Part shown: piece by piece, positions 48,301 through 56,042 of the stretch
Layout: each line of letters opens with the position of its first letter
Numbering within the stretch: position 1 is the stretch's first letter
IMG/VR virus record: IMGVR_UViG_3300047510_001751
Coordinates: 1-64,000 of that record
From: a virus
Strand: one strand, 5' to 3'
Length of the DNA stretch: 64,000 nucleotides
Notes under the pieces: model-generated
Database searches by the model: none
Seen by the model: the letters and a program-made list of their open reading frames with translations, nothing else
Told to the model about the DNA's origin: nothing
Program-made: the position numbers and the translations under genes

Positions 48301-50014
48301 AGGGCAAACATCAATTACTTTAACTTCATTTGGTACTGGTATTATTCCAGGAATGATTGTTGTATCTCAGACTGATGGTATCACAGTTCCTGCCAACACA
48401 ACTATTGTTTCGATTGATGAAGTTAATTCCCTTGCTGTTCTTTCGGCAGCACCAAACCTTGGAACTGGTAGTGTAACATTCCAGGCAACAGGTCCATCAA
48501 ATACTTCTGCTGACGGTGGTGGTATCCGTGTTAAAGGAACCACAGATAAGACTTTCGTTTGGGATAACACAAACACTTCATGGACAAGCAACCAAAACCT
48601 AAACCTTGTTGCTGGTCTAAGTTATAGAATTAATGGTACTTCAGTTCTAAACGCTACCACACTAGGAGCAAACGTAGTTAATTCTTCGCTGACTTCAGTT
48701 GGAACTTTAAATGCTCTCTCCATTGCTAATAGTGGCACTGCTGTTGGATTAACAATTACCAACACTGGTACTGGAGATTGCTTAGTTGTTAACGATGAAG
48801 CAAGTGATACCACACCCTTTAAGATTGGTAATGACGGCACAGTTTATATCACTGGAAACATTTCTGATTTCACTGCTAGCACTGGAACAACTAACCAAGT
48901 TCTTGCTAGAAAAGCAGGTGGTGGTATTGAATGGAAAGGTCTCAATACACTTGCCGATCCTAACACAGTAACCAACGCTGGCACTTCTACCGATAATGCT
49001 ATTGCTAGATTTGATTTAGCAACTGGTAAAATTGTTCAAAACTCTGGTGTTACTATTGATGATAATGGTGTTGTTGATATTGGAACTGCTGGCAATCTTA
49101 CAGGAAATGGATCTCCAGCAAAACTTAAAATCAATTCTTCTGCTCAATACGATGGTATTGCTTTAGGAAACGGTGCTTCTTATAGCACAATATCCCGTGG
49201 AGCAACAAATCCTGGTCTAGTGTTTACGGCCAACGCTGCTCCAGCAAACTTAGGGGGATCAGAAACTACTGTATTTGAATGGCATTCTGGCAGTGCTGGT
49301 GGAGGAGGACCAAGTAGATTAGCAGATCTTTCTACATCACAGAATTTTAGATTAGGAAATGTTGATTCAAATCCAAATATAATTTTACATTCAGTAAATA
49401 ATGGAACGGCAAGAATTAGATTTAGAGAAGGTGGATCACTAACTACTGGATTTAATGAATACTCTTTAGGAATGGCGGGTAATGCCAATAGAATGACATT
49501 TGAAATGCAGGGTCAGGGTGAAGTAGCTTATGTAACTGAAACTGGTATTGCCTTCCCATCTGGCAAAGGTATTGACTTCTCTGCTGCTGACAACGCCGCT
49601 GGAATGACTAGTGAGTTATTGAATGATTATGAAGAGGGAACATGGACACCAGCAGTAGCAGGAAGCACTTTAGCGGGAACAGCATCATACGTAGTACAAC
49701 AAGGAAGATACACAAAAGTAGGAAGACAAGTGTTTGTGGAAATGTATATAAGCTGGTCATCTGGAACTGGAACAGGAAATCTATTAGTTAGTGGATTGCC
49801 ATTTACATCAGCAAATGTAGCAATATATCCTTCTCTAGCGATTGGTTTTGTAAATGAAGTGTCAATGGGTTCAAATGCTTATCTGACAGCATATGTAGGT
49901 ATTAATTCCACAACTATAAATATTGATTCTGCTCAAGTTGGTGGTACAACAAGAGCTGCTACGGCATATAGTGCTAGTGGGGGAATACAAATTTCTGGTT
50001 GCTACACCGTTTGA
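45386..50014 (+). CDS. Long tail-fibre protein
   Basis: MANRFPLIVNP start; QTLTNKTLTSP motifs; six ~42-aa repeats; C-terminal DYEEGTWTP...GRYTKVGRQV domain. Confidence 0.85.
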   Translation: MANRFPLIVNPDTKKIEELASGDNIDLTSNSIYAGGSIGTFGQYLKSTGTGLVWDTPGDVFLSASQTLINKTFANAVISGLNNNIYDIPNSSLVNSSITLNGQEVELGGSFTFPIDTNTTYSISLTDGADATRKILRLTGTNPSSTDDITFKAGQNVTISRTNDEITFNSSYVDTITRVQGEAGGTPVSGDVVIVGTGSTDVSQAGQTITINSFYIDTITRLKGEAAGTFRSGDVTILQGGATTVTQADNNITISSQDTITRLKGGAGGVFLFGDITFTGSNATSVTQTGDVITIDSTNTVTRVSGGLSGTPVTGDVRILTGGASSVTQSGNDVTISSVDTITRLRGGTGEQLASGDFTIIGAGAAAVTQSGNTITVTGTDTNTVTRVQGSPANGGNLLSGDITITGAGAATVSQSGSTITVTATDTDTTYSAGIGLALNGTIFSLKNQDSLTNNRLVKWNASNGQLVNSNIADDGSTVTITGNLNVAGTTTTVNTATLVVNDAEIELRTGANITPSNGGIQINRTTDGTGAVTAYQSLQWFESGGFWRSFNGTVSNRFVTENETQTLTNKTLTSPILTSPQLGIATVTTINKVSVTQPATGATLTINEGKALTVSNSVSFSGTDNSTVNFGGGGSVAYVSNKLSLFAATTSDEFRGVISDETGTGRLVFATSPEFVTSITTASTTFSVFNTNVSAINAFGSATSITIGATSGETTIRNSLTVNGNITLGNDIADTATINATTTFNNEDVTVRGIRVGRGASGVDTNTAFGKEALRLVVGIGAGNQNTALGYETLFSNNTGSRNVVVGFRAGRTITNGADNVAMGNDALYTTTVGTKNIAIGTETLFSNVAGEHNVVIGYKAGWGISGSGNVVIGPAQNGNTSDVTYQLPNPTGSNQLVIGSGAGAWIRGDNNFDITVPNNLGVSGNLTIAGSTTNLNSRILTVRASNVTFVDKELTLGNVTTTTFSAIVQQGQTSITLTSFGTGIIPGMIVVSQTDGITVPANTTIVSIDEVNSLAVLSAAPNLGTGSVTFQATGPSNTSADGGGIRVKGTTDKTFVWDNTNTSWTSNQNLNLVAGLSYRINGTSVLNATTLGANVVNSSLTSVGTLNALSIANSGTAVGLTITNTGTGDCLVVNDEASDTTPFKIGNDGTVYITGNISDFTASTGTTNQVLARKAGGGIEWKGLNTLADPNTVTNAGTSTDNAIARFDLATGKIVQNSGVTIDDNGVVDIGTAGNLTGNGSPAKLKINSSAQYDGIALGNGASYSTISRGATNPGLVFTANAAPANLGGSETTVFEWHSGSAGGGGPSRLADLSTSQNFRLGNVDSNPNIILHSVNNGTARIRFREGGSLTTGFNEYSLGMAGNANRMTFEMQGQGEVAYVTETGIAFPSGKGIDFSAADNAAGMTSELLNDYEEGTWTPAVAGSTLAGTASYVVQQGRYTKVGRQVFVEMYISWSSGTGTGNLLVSGLPFTSANVAIYPSLAIGFVNEVSMGSNAYLTAYVGINSTTINIDSAQVGGTTRAATAYSASGGIQISGCYTV

Positions 50015-50058
50015 TAAATAACTCTGCCTAACCCTGTTTTATTCGGAGAATAACCCTA

Positions 50059-50313
50059 ATGGCATTAGAAGAAGTATCAGTAGTAGATAAGATTGAAGTT
50101 CTACTCAACGGATCTATTCAAGTAAGAAGAAGAGATCAAATCCTCAAAGATGGTGTAGAAGTTGCTGCTACCTATCATCGTCACGTTATCAATCCTGGTG
50201 ACGACCCAGCAAACGAAGATCCTAGAGTTGCTGCTATCGCTGCTGCTACGTGGACTGAAGAAGTAATTGCTGCTTACCAAGCATCTCTACCACAACCAGA
50301 AGTAACTGAATAA
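50059..50313 (+). CDS. Small fibre-associated protein (possible chaperone/adhesin partner)
   Basis: MALEEVSVVDKIEV...YHRHVINPG...WTEEVIAAY; follows fibre gene. Confidence 0.7.
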   Translation: MALEEVSVVDKIEVLLNGSIQVRRRDQILKDGVEVAATYHRHVINPGDDPANEDPRVAAIAAATWTEEVIAAYQASLPQPEVTE

Positions 50314-50314
50314 T

Positions 50315-50343
50315 AAAAAAAGGGGGTCGAAAGACCCCCTTTA
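50315..50343. terminator. Bidirectional terminator
   Basis: AAAAAAA-GGGGGTC-GAAA-GACCCCC-TTT. Confidence 0.85.
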
Positions 50344-50346
50344 ATT

Positions 50347-50637
50347 TTATTCGTTTGCTTTTATAATTTCATTAAGATTAATTTCTTCACATGTTAAATG
50401 CTCAGCAAATCCAGGCATATTATTGTATTTGGGATTGCCATGAGAAGTGAAAACATCTCGTTCGACGTAATTGTTTGTTAAAGGATCTTTATCAAACATT
50501 TCAATCTGAATGACATTTGTTCCTCCCATTCTATAAACAATAATTTTCATATCTGTGTCATCTATTTCACAGATATTACACCATCCACCACTGTTTCTAT
50601 ATTTAATTTTACAAAAAAGATTTTGAAAAAATTTCAT
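50347..50637 (-). CDS. Hypothetical protein
   Basis: 96-aa ORF ending at terminator. Confidence 0.55.
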   Translation of the reverse strand: MKFFQNLFCKIKYRNSGGWCNICEIDDTDMKIIVYRMGGTNVIQIEMFDKDPLTNNYVERDVFTSHGNPKYNNMPGFAEHLTCEEINLNEIIKANE

Positions 50638-50646
50638 AATCCTTTA

Positions 50647-50766
50647 TCACCACACGCCAGGGATGATCTGCCCAGTGGTCATATAAGTGCCAACAGCAAT
50701 GACGAAACCGAGCATAGCTAGACGAGCGTTGAGGATCTCTGCCTCAGGTGTAAATCCGAATTTCAT
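50647..50766 (-). CDS. hli: High-light-inducible protein (39 aa)
   Basis: [39 protein letters not shown]; not in ORF track. Confidence 0.93.
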   Translation of the reverse strand: MKFGFTPEAEILNARLAMLGFVIAVGTYMTTGQIIPGVW

Positions 50767-50960
50767 TTTGTTTCTCCTTTATAAATGTGTTGTTGTTTGA
50801 GATCAGGGTTTGGTTCAGAACAAACCACTTGTTTGACAGGTTTAATAACAATAAATTTGTCATTTTTTAGAGTGCCTGCCACTTTCACTTCAAGTTCTAG
50901 ATTATTCCAATCTAGACTTTGGAGAGCAACTCCAAGTTGCCCAAGCATTCCAGCACTCAC
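50763..50960 (-). CDS. Conserved hypothetical protein
   Basis: Overlap-coupled between petF and hli. Confidence 0.7.
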   Translation of the reverse strand: MSAGMLGQLGVALQSLDWNNLELEVKVAGTLKNDKFIVIKPVKQVVCSEPNPDLKQQHIYKGETK

Positions 50961-51250
50961 AGGTTCTCTTCCTGCTCAGTGAGAATCACACAATCGCTGG
51001 TAGGGTATGCTACACAAGTCAACACCCAACCATCTTCAAGTTGATCATCATCAAGGAATGATTGCTCTTCATTATCTACGGTGCCGCTAATCAGTTTGCC
51101 AGCACAAGCAGAACAAGCACCAGCACGGCAAGAGGAAGGAAGATCTACGCCTGCCTCTTCAGCAGCTTCAAGAATGTATTGATCATCAGGACACTGAATA
51201 GTTTGCTCGGTTCCATCAGGGGATTGGAGAGTAACAGAATAGGTAGCCAT
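50957..51250 (-). CDS. petF: Plant-type 2Fe-2S ferredoxin
   Basis: [13 protein letters not shown]...FLDDDQ...VLTCVAYP. Confidence 0.97.
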   Translation of the reverse strand: MATYSVTLQSPDGTEQTIQCPDDQYILEAAEEAGVDLPSSCRAGACSACAGKLISGTVDNEEQSFLDDDQLEDGWVLTCVAYPTSDCVILTEQEENL

Positions 51251-51336
51251 TAGTAAGTTTCAGATAGTTGATTAATGGAATGTGCCAACAAAACGAGGAA
51301 GGCAACTGAGGTCATTGTAAACAAAAGTTCAGTCAT
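51250..51336 (-). CDS. Small hydrophobic protein (28 aa)
   Basis: [28 protein letters not shown]; TAATG coupling to petF. Confidence 0.55.
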   Translation of the reverse strand: MTELLFTMTSVAFLVLLAHSINQLSETY

Positions 51337-51349
51337 TGTCAATCAATTG

Positions 51350-51559
51350 TCAGAGAATGCCAAAAAAGAGTTTGCCAGTGGCAACGTAAGACACGATGCC
51401 TGCTACGAATCCTAGCATAGCCCAACGTCCGTTGGCAAGCTCAGCACGTTCGTTATGGGTCATCATGCCATACTTAATGGCATCCTCATCCGAGATATAC
51501 ATCACGGGTTCTTTGGCAAACATGTTTTGCTGCCCACGGTCATTAGTCGTTACGGTCAT
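51350..51559 (-). CDS. hli: High-light-inducible protein (long form)
   Basis: NMFAKEP...AELANGRWAMLGFVAG. Confidence 0.93.
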   Translation of the reverse strand: MTVTTNDRGQQNMFAKEPVMYISDEDAIKYGMMTHNERAELANGRWAMLGFVAGIVSYVATGKLFFGIL

Positions 51560-51567
51560 TTCAATTT

Positions 51568-51621
51568 GTTACGATTTGTTACGATATTATATAGGAAAAA
51601 AGGAGGGGTGTCAACCCCTCC
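51568..51621 (-). promoter_or_regulatory. Porin terminator fused to hli promoter, with HLR1-like direct repeat
   Basis: GGAGGGG-TTGACA-CCCCTCC-TTTTTT; TTGACA-N17-TATAAT; GTTACGAT-TT-GTTACGAT at 51568-51585. Confidence 0.7.
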
Positions 51622-51631
51622 TGTCAGAAAA

Positions 51632-53113
51632 TCAGAACGTAAACTTGGTTTGGATTACGCCACCCCAGTTAGAGGAAGCACCTTGGAATGCTTGATTGTT
51701 AGCAACATAGATTACAGCAGGAGTAATGCTGATGTTGTCACTCACACGATACTTGTAGAAGATCTCAAGCAAACCAGCCTTATCACTAAGACCAGAAGCA
51801 TTGCCAGGTTGTCCATAAGCAATACCAGCACCATTGCCCCTACCAAATACATCGCTCCACTGAAGACCAGCAAACCATGTAGAAGTGTTGGTAGCACCGT
51901 TAGGAGTAGAAGGACCACTTACAGTGTTCCAACCATAACCACCACTCACAGAAGGAACGATACCAGAAGTCTTGGGTTGCCAGTAAGCGTTGATGGCATA
52001 ACCATTAGATGCTTGATTGGCAGCAAGAGCACCAGAAGCACCCAGAACACCGTTGTAAGTACGAACACGAGTGCCTTGAGTACCATAACGATAACCAAAG
52101 GCAGCACCCCACTGAGGAGCACGATAACCGATCTGAGCAAGAGTGTTCAGAGCACCTGCTGAGTTGAATACGCCAGTATCACTATTGTCACCTTGTTGAG
52201 CAACATAGTTCAGACCAGCAACAAATCCACCTTTCTTGCCAGGTTGAACATACTGAACACCAAAACCAGAACCAGTTGCCTTGTTATATACACCAGGAAC
52301 GCCAGCAGTGGTAAAGAAGTCAAGGATTTCAGAACGATATGCCGTAGGAACCCATGCCATCTCAGTGTTACGAACCAGAGCACCAGCGGTAAGAGTCATA
52401 CCTTTGGTGAGAGCAGGGAAACTATAATAGAGACGATCAATCTGAACCGAGTTCTCATAAGTTTCCGCTTTATCCAGCTTCAGAACAGACGAGGAAGAAC
52501 CAAAAGGTTGTGCTGAGAAGTTGCCCGAACGAAGACGGGTACGAAGCAGATCCTTACCAGTGAACGATGTATCAAAGTTCAGACGAAGATCGTAGTTGAA
52601 AGTAGTGTTTCCAACATTAGCACCAGCAGTAGTTTTGGCACCAGGAACACCACCAAGAATGAAGTTTACTTCACCCTTCAGTTTGGTTGTGGTTGAGAAC
52701 TGAGTTGCTTCAAGTTCACCAACCTTTGCTTCAAGACCATCTACACGACCACGAAGAACAGCAAGTTCCTGAGCAAATTCTGCTTGGAGTTTACGAAGTT
52801 CATCGGTAACTTCAGTTACACGATCCAGGCAAGCATTCAACAATGCTGCTGCTTCATAACGGGTCATTGCCTTGCCGCCACCATAGGTGCCGTTAGGATA
52901 ACCAGCAACACAACCATAACGCTCAACTAGATTGTTGAGTGCCTGATATGCCCAGTCAGTAGGTTGAACATCAGAAAATTGAGTGATAGAAGTGACCTGT
53001 TCTGCCGAAGCATACTTATTAACCTCACTCATATTTACTTCAAAAGCTGATACAGGAGAAACCACCGAAGTAGTAACTACAGCACCAGCAGCAATAAATG
53101 AACGAATCATCAT
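51632..53113 (-). CDS. Cyanobacterial SLH-domain/OprB-type outer-membrane porin
   Basis: Signal peptide; FSDVQPTDWAYQAL...GYP...TRYEAAA SLH; coiled coil; FSTTTKLKGEV; C-terminal QTKFTF. Confidence 0.93.
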   Translation of the reverse strand: MMIRSFIAAGAVVTTSVVSPVSAFEVNMSEVNKYASAEQVTSITQFSDVQPTDWAYQALNNLVERYGCVAGYPNGTYGGGKAMTRYEAAALLNACLDRVTEVTDELRKLQAEFAQELAVLRGRVDGLEAKVGELEATQFSTTTKLKGEVNFILGGVPGAKTTAGANVGNTTFNYDLRLNFDTSFTGKDLLRTRLRSGNFSAQPFGSSSSVLKLDKAETYENSVQIDRLYYSFPALTKGMTLTAGALVRNTEMAWVPTAYRSEILDFFTTAGVPGVYNKATGSGFGVQYVQPGKKGGFVAGLNYVAQQGDNSDTGVFNSAGALNTLAQIGYRAPQWGAAFGYRYGTQGTRVRTYNGVLGASGALAANQASNGYAINAYWQPKTSGIVPSVSGGYGWNTVSGPSTPNGATNTSTWFAGLQWSDVFGRGNGAGIAYGQPGNASGLSDKAGLLEIFYKYRVSDNISITPAVIYVANNQAFQGASSNWGGVIQTKFTF

Positions 53114-53182
53114 AGTATTATTTAAATTAACTACAAGGTTTATTTATTCCCTATTTGTAAAGTTTTACAACTTTAAAGGGAA

Positions 53183-53254
53183 AGCGGGGTATCGGAATCG
53201 AACCGACGACATCTAACTTGGAAGGATAGCGTTCTACCGCTGAACTAACCCCGC
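53183..53254 (-). tRNA. tRNA-Gly(TCC)
   Basis: Cloverleaf; anticodon loop CTTCCAA. Confidence 0.95.
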
Positions 53255-53268
53255 AAAAAAGTGGGTAA

Positions 53269-53712
53269 TTAAATTACCCGATCAAATTCAAATAATCCAG
53301 AATCTTTTCCCCAAACAAGTTTGCCACTTTCATCATAGCCAGCGTCTCTAGAAAAACATTTTTCTCGGTTGAATTTAAATTCACTTTCGATTCTAATATC
53401 TTTTACGATACACTCACCACAGGTTTTAGCAACCCAGAAAGCACCATTCCAATAAATGTTATGGTCACAAGTTGGGTTCCAGTCCATATCGAAACTCCGA
53501 AGAAGAACTTCTTCATCTGTAATCATTTCATAAGTATGATATGATTGTCGATATGGATCTGTTTTAGGATAATCGTATTCATAAAAGCTTTGAGATTGTA
53601 ATTTGTTTTCACCCAAATCTTTCCAAACTAAACGTATCATAGCATAATTGCATGGATACATAAAAGCTTGGTTTTTATTAGAATACTCGCCTACAATTTC
53701 TTTAAACTCCAT
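53269..53712 (-). CDS. Second CpcT/CpeT-like lyase
   Basis: G-x-YSNKNQAFMYP...PYRQ...C...C...SRDAGYD...LVWG. Confidence 0.75.
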   Translation of the reverse strand: MEFKEIVGEYSNKNQAFMYPCNYAMIRLVWKDLGENKLQSQSFYEYDYPKTDPYRQSYHTYEMITDEEVLLRSFDMDWNPTCDHNIYWNGAFWVAKTCGECIVKDIRIESEFKFNREKCFSRDAGYDESGKLVWGKDSGLFEFDRVI

Positions 53713-53725
53713 AAACACATTACCT

Positions 53726-53865
53726 CCAGGCTCGCCACCTGCCCTTTGACCAGAGGCAGGAAACTGGGCGGGAGAGAGTCCCATCCGCACCACCAATTTT
53801 TTAGAGAAATTGGAAACTCATCGAGGGGGTTCCCGACCAGTGCTGTTATAGTCCATCCGTGACTG
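53726..53865 (-). ncRNA. Structured RNA resembling cyanophage manA-class motif
   Basis: TAACAGCACTGGTCGGGA...CCAATT/AATTGG...GGTGCGGATGGGA/TCCCGCC...CTGCC/GGCAG...GGCGAGCCTG multi-hairpin; family name from recall only. Confidence 0.55.
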
Positions 53866-54070
53866 TTTGAAGAATTAGATCTTCATACGCTGCTTCCACA
53901 GCATCGTCAAAGTCCTCGTAAGGACCGTGATTGACATCATTATACACGTAGTAGAATTTTTTGTCAATCATTTTTACGCTGTAATACGTGATCACTTTGT
54001 CATCATTGTCGAGTTCTTCGACAAATCTCATGTTAGTTTCAAGCATAGCATTTAGGGTAATTGGCTCCAC
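53846..54070 (-). CDS. Hypothetical protein
   Basis: 74-aa ORF; HGPYEDFDDAVEAAY. Confidence 0.65.
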   Translation of the reverse strand: MEPITLNAMLETNMRFVEELDNDDKVITYYSVKMIDKKFYYVYNDVNHGPYEDFDDAVEAAYEDLILQTVTDGL

Positions 54071-54086
54071 CAGAGTAAGTTAAGGT

Positions 54087-54326
54087 CTAACCCAGACCAT
54101 TAAACGAAATAACATCATCACTCATAGAACCACCATAATAACTAGTGGGGATATTATTCCCGATACAAAATACATTTTTATTTGTTTCAGTAATTTGTAT
54201 ACTTACAAGTTTATTATAAGAATCAAACAAATCACTGATAGCAGTTTCATTTTTATCTTGAAGTGCTGTAATAAGTGCTTTGCTTACAGCATCTTTTGCT
54301 GTTTCAATCTGTGATTTCAGGGACAT
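54087..54326 (-). CDS. Hypothetical protein
   Basis: MSLKSQIETAKDAV... Confidence 0.6.
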   Translation of the reverse strand: MSLKSQIETAKDAVSKALITALQDKNETAISDLFDSYNKLVSIQITETNKNVFCIGNNIPTSYYGGSMSDDVISFNGLG

Positions 54327-54498
54327 AATTTTCCTCAATAACATTATCGAAAAGATCTTTAAGATCATCACCAACTGGTGTCATTACAACACCTTTACCA
54401 TCAGGTAGTCGGATCAAAAATAATTCTTGGTTTTTTTCAACCCGATCCATATAAGCATCGAAGTTGTCTTCAAACTCTTGTTGGGTGATTTCAATCAT
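54304..54498 (-). CDS. Phd/YefM antitoxin-like small protein
   Basis: EITQQEFEDNFDAYMDRVE...LFLIR...GKGVVMTP resembles the Phd/YefM N-terminal fold. Confidence 0.45.
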   Translation of the reverse strand: MIEITQQEFEDNFDAYMDRVEKNQELFLIRLPDGKGVVMTPVGDDLKDLFDNVIEENYVPEITD

Positions 54499-54516
54499 AG
54501 TTTGTCATGTAGACAA

Positions 54517-54591
54517 TCGGGGTGATAGGACTCGAACCTACGACTTCCGCTTCCCAAAAGCGGCGCTCTAGCCAAACTGAGCTACACCCCG
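54517..54591 (-). tRNA. tRNA-Pro(TGG)
   Basis: Cloverleaf; CCGCT-TTTGGGA-AGCGG. Confidence 0.95.
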
Positions 54592-54704
54592 TTGGTTTTC
54601 CGATGTATGATCATGATACCACAGATCGGAGGAATAATCAAGAGAGAACCCATTAGAGAAACTAATAATGGATTCTCCATAATCGAAACAATTAAATGTC
54701 TCAT
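54582..54704 (-). CDS. Small membrane protein (40 aa) ending inside tRNA-Pro
   Basis: MRHLIVSIMENPLLVSLMGSLLIIPPICGIMIIHRKTNGV; ATGA overlap with upstream ORF. Confidence 0.55.
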   Translation of the reverse strand: MRHLIVSIMENPLLVSLMGSLLIIPPICGIMIIHRKTNGV

Positions 54705-54955
54705 CTTACTTCATAATCTAATTTACGAACTTTACGCTGCTTCCTTTGCTCCTGAAACTCCAGATCCTGTCTCGTCAAGATCGATTGATCCTGACGCTTG
54801 GACTTGGCCCCCGAGATTATTTCTACAAGGGTAAGATCCAAGGCGCTGATATTCCCACCACGGATGCTGGTAAGGTTGGGACACTGACAGCATCTGAGTT
54901 GTGACGGGTGCTCCTCTAATACTTTCCCGCAATTTTTGCATCTGATTATTAACAT
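54701..54955 (-). CDS. Zn-ribbon hypothetical protein
   Basis: RCKNC...CCQCPN...ISALDL...KRKVRKLDYEVR. Confidence 0.8.
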   Translation of the reverse strand: MLIIRCKNCGKVLEEHPSQLRCCQCPNLTSIRGGNISALDLTLVEIISGAKSKRQDQSILTRQDLEFQEQRKQRKVRKLDYEVR

Positions 54956-55073
54956 CTCTAAGCATTCCTTTTATCGCTTCAAGTTCTTCATGAATATCTT
55001 GATGATGAAACCTAAGTGGTTTCTGAATCAACTCATTAAACTTTTTCTTTTTCATGATTATTTATGAGTGTAA

Positions 55074-55145
55074 TGGGCGATACTGGATTCGAACCAGTGA
55101 CCATCTCCGTGTAAAGGAGGCACTCTACCGCTGAGTTAATCGCCC
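55074..55145 (-). tRNA. tRNA-Val(TAC)
   Basis: Cloverleaf; anticodon loop TTTACAC. Confidence 0.95.
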
Positions 55146-55149
55146 TAGG

Positions 55150-55223
55150 CGCTTCAGGTTGGATTCGAACCAACGACTCACGCTTTAGAAGAGCGTTACT
55201 CTATTCCACTGAGTTACTGAAGC
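55150..55223 (-). tRNA. tRNA-Arg(TCT)
   Basis: Cloverleaf; ACGCT-CTTCTAA-AGCGT. Confidence 0.95.
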
Positions 55224-55229
55224 ATGTTT

Positions 55230-55631
55230 TTATTTTACCACACTTGATGGGCAGTTGTCAACCCATGGGGAACACAACCTCATTTCTCCACCCAGTGCTT
55301 GACACTCATCAGTATAGCACACAGAGGTGTCAACTGGTTTTTCTGAGTATCTTGGTGACGGCATCCTAACAGTTCCGTCGTCTCCTGTCAAGCGTTCATA
55401 CTCGGCAATTGCTTTATCAACATCACGCTTAACTCTATTATCTAAAAGTTTAGGATCTTTGATAATGTATTCATTCAATTCTGTATTCGGAAAATACTTT
55501 CTTTGAATTTCATCAATCAGGTCATAAAGATGTTTCTCATCAATACCTGTACATTCTGAAAAAGATGCTACGATTGTTGTTAACGTAATGCCTATAATGG
55601 CAAACCTAATTGTTTTTTGTTTGAGGTTCAT
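55230..55631 (-). CDS. Hypothetical protein with N-terminal hydrophobic helix
   Basis: 133-aa ORF; Cys-rich C-terminus. Confidence 0.75.
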   Translation of the reverse strand: MNLKQKTIRFAIIGITLTTIVASFSECTGIDEKHLYDLIDEIQRKYFPNTELNEYIIKDPKLLDNRVKRDVDKAIAEYERLTGDDGTVRMPSPRYSEKPVDTSVCYTDECQALGGEMRLCSPWVDNCPSSVVK

Positions 55632-55668
55632 AAAAAAGGGGAGTGTGGCACTCCCCAGTATTTATCTA

Positions 55669-56031
55669 TTACATACGAGAGTAACAGACACGAACAACCC
55701 CTGATCCTGGAGAAGCGATTTTAGTAAACGCTCCATAAGATAGATCAAGAGATCGTCCACCCACAAATGGTCCACGATCATTCACACGAACAATGACAGA
55801 TTTGCCATTCGATTGGTTAGTCACCCGCAACCTAGTTCCGAAAGGAAGGCTTCTGTGTGCTGTTGAATGACCGTAAGCATTATATCTTTCTCCGTTAGCG
55901 GTGGTTAAACCGTGATATCCATCACCGACTCCATAATGTGAGGCGAGGGAACATCCGCTCGCTGCCTTTGCTTGAAGGGGTGCCAGTCCTACAGTGGCAA
56001 TGGCTAGAATTGAAAGTGTTTTAAAAAGCAT
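55669..56031 (-). CDS. rlpA: RlpA-like (double-psi beta-barrel) lytic transglycosylase
   Basis: Signal peptide; ASHYG...TANGE...TAHRSLPFGT...VRVNDRGPF...LDLS. Confidence 0.93.
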   Translation of the reverse strand: MLFKTLSILAIATVGLAPLQAKAASGCSLASHYGVGDGYHGLTTANGERYNAYGHSTAHRSLPFGTRLRVTNQSNGKSVIVRVNDRGPFVGGRSLDLSYGAFTKIASPGSGVVRVCYSRM

Positions 56032-56042
56032 TTAGTTAAATA

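Noticed and set aside
51455-52516. 235-aa and 107-aa plus-strand ORFs
   Set aside because: Antisense to the porin and hli genes; same codon-bias artefact.
53155-53170. Palindrome TTGTAA-AGTT-TTACAA upstream of the porin as an NtcA site
   Set aside because: Spacing is GTA-N6-TAC, not N8; could be another operator but cannot be assigned.
54732-55055. 107-aa ORF overlapping the Zn-ribbon gene
   Set aside because: Only the first ~33 codons are non-overlapping; it may be a real small protein but the long version is unsupported.
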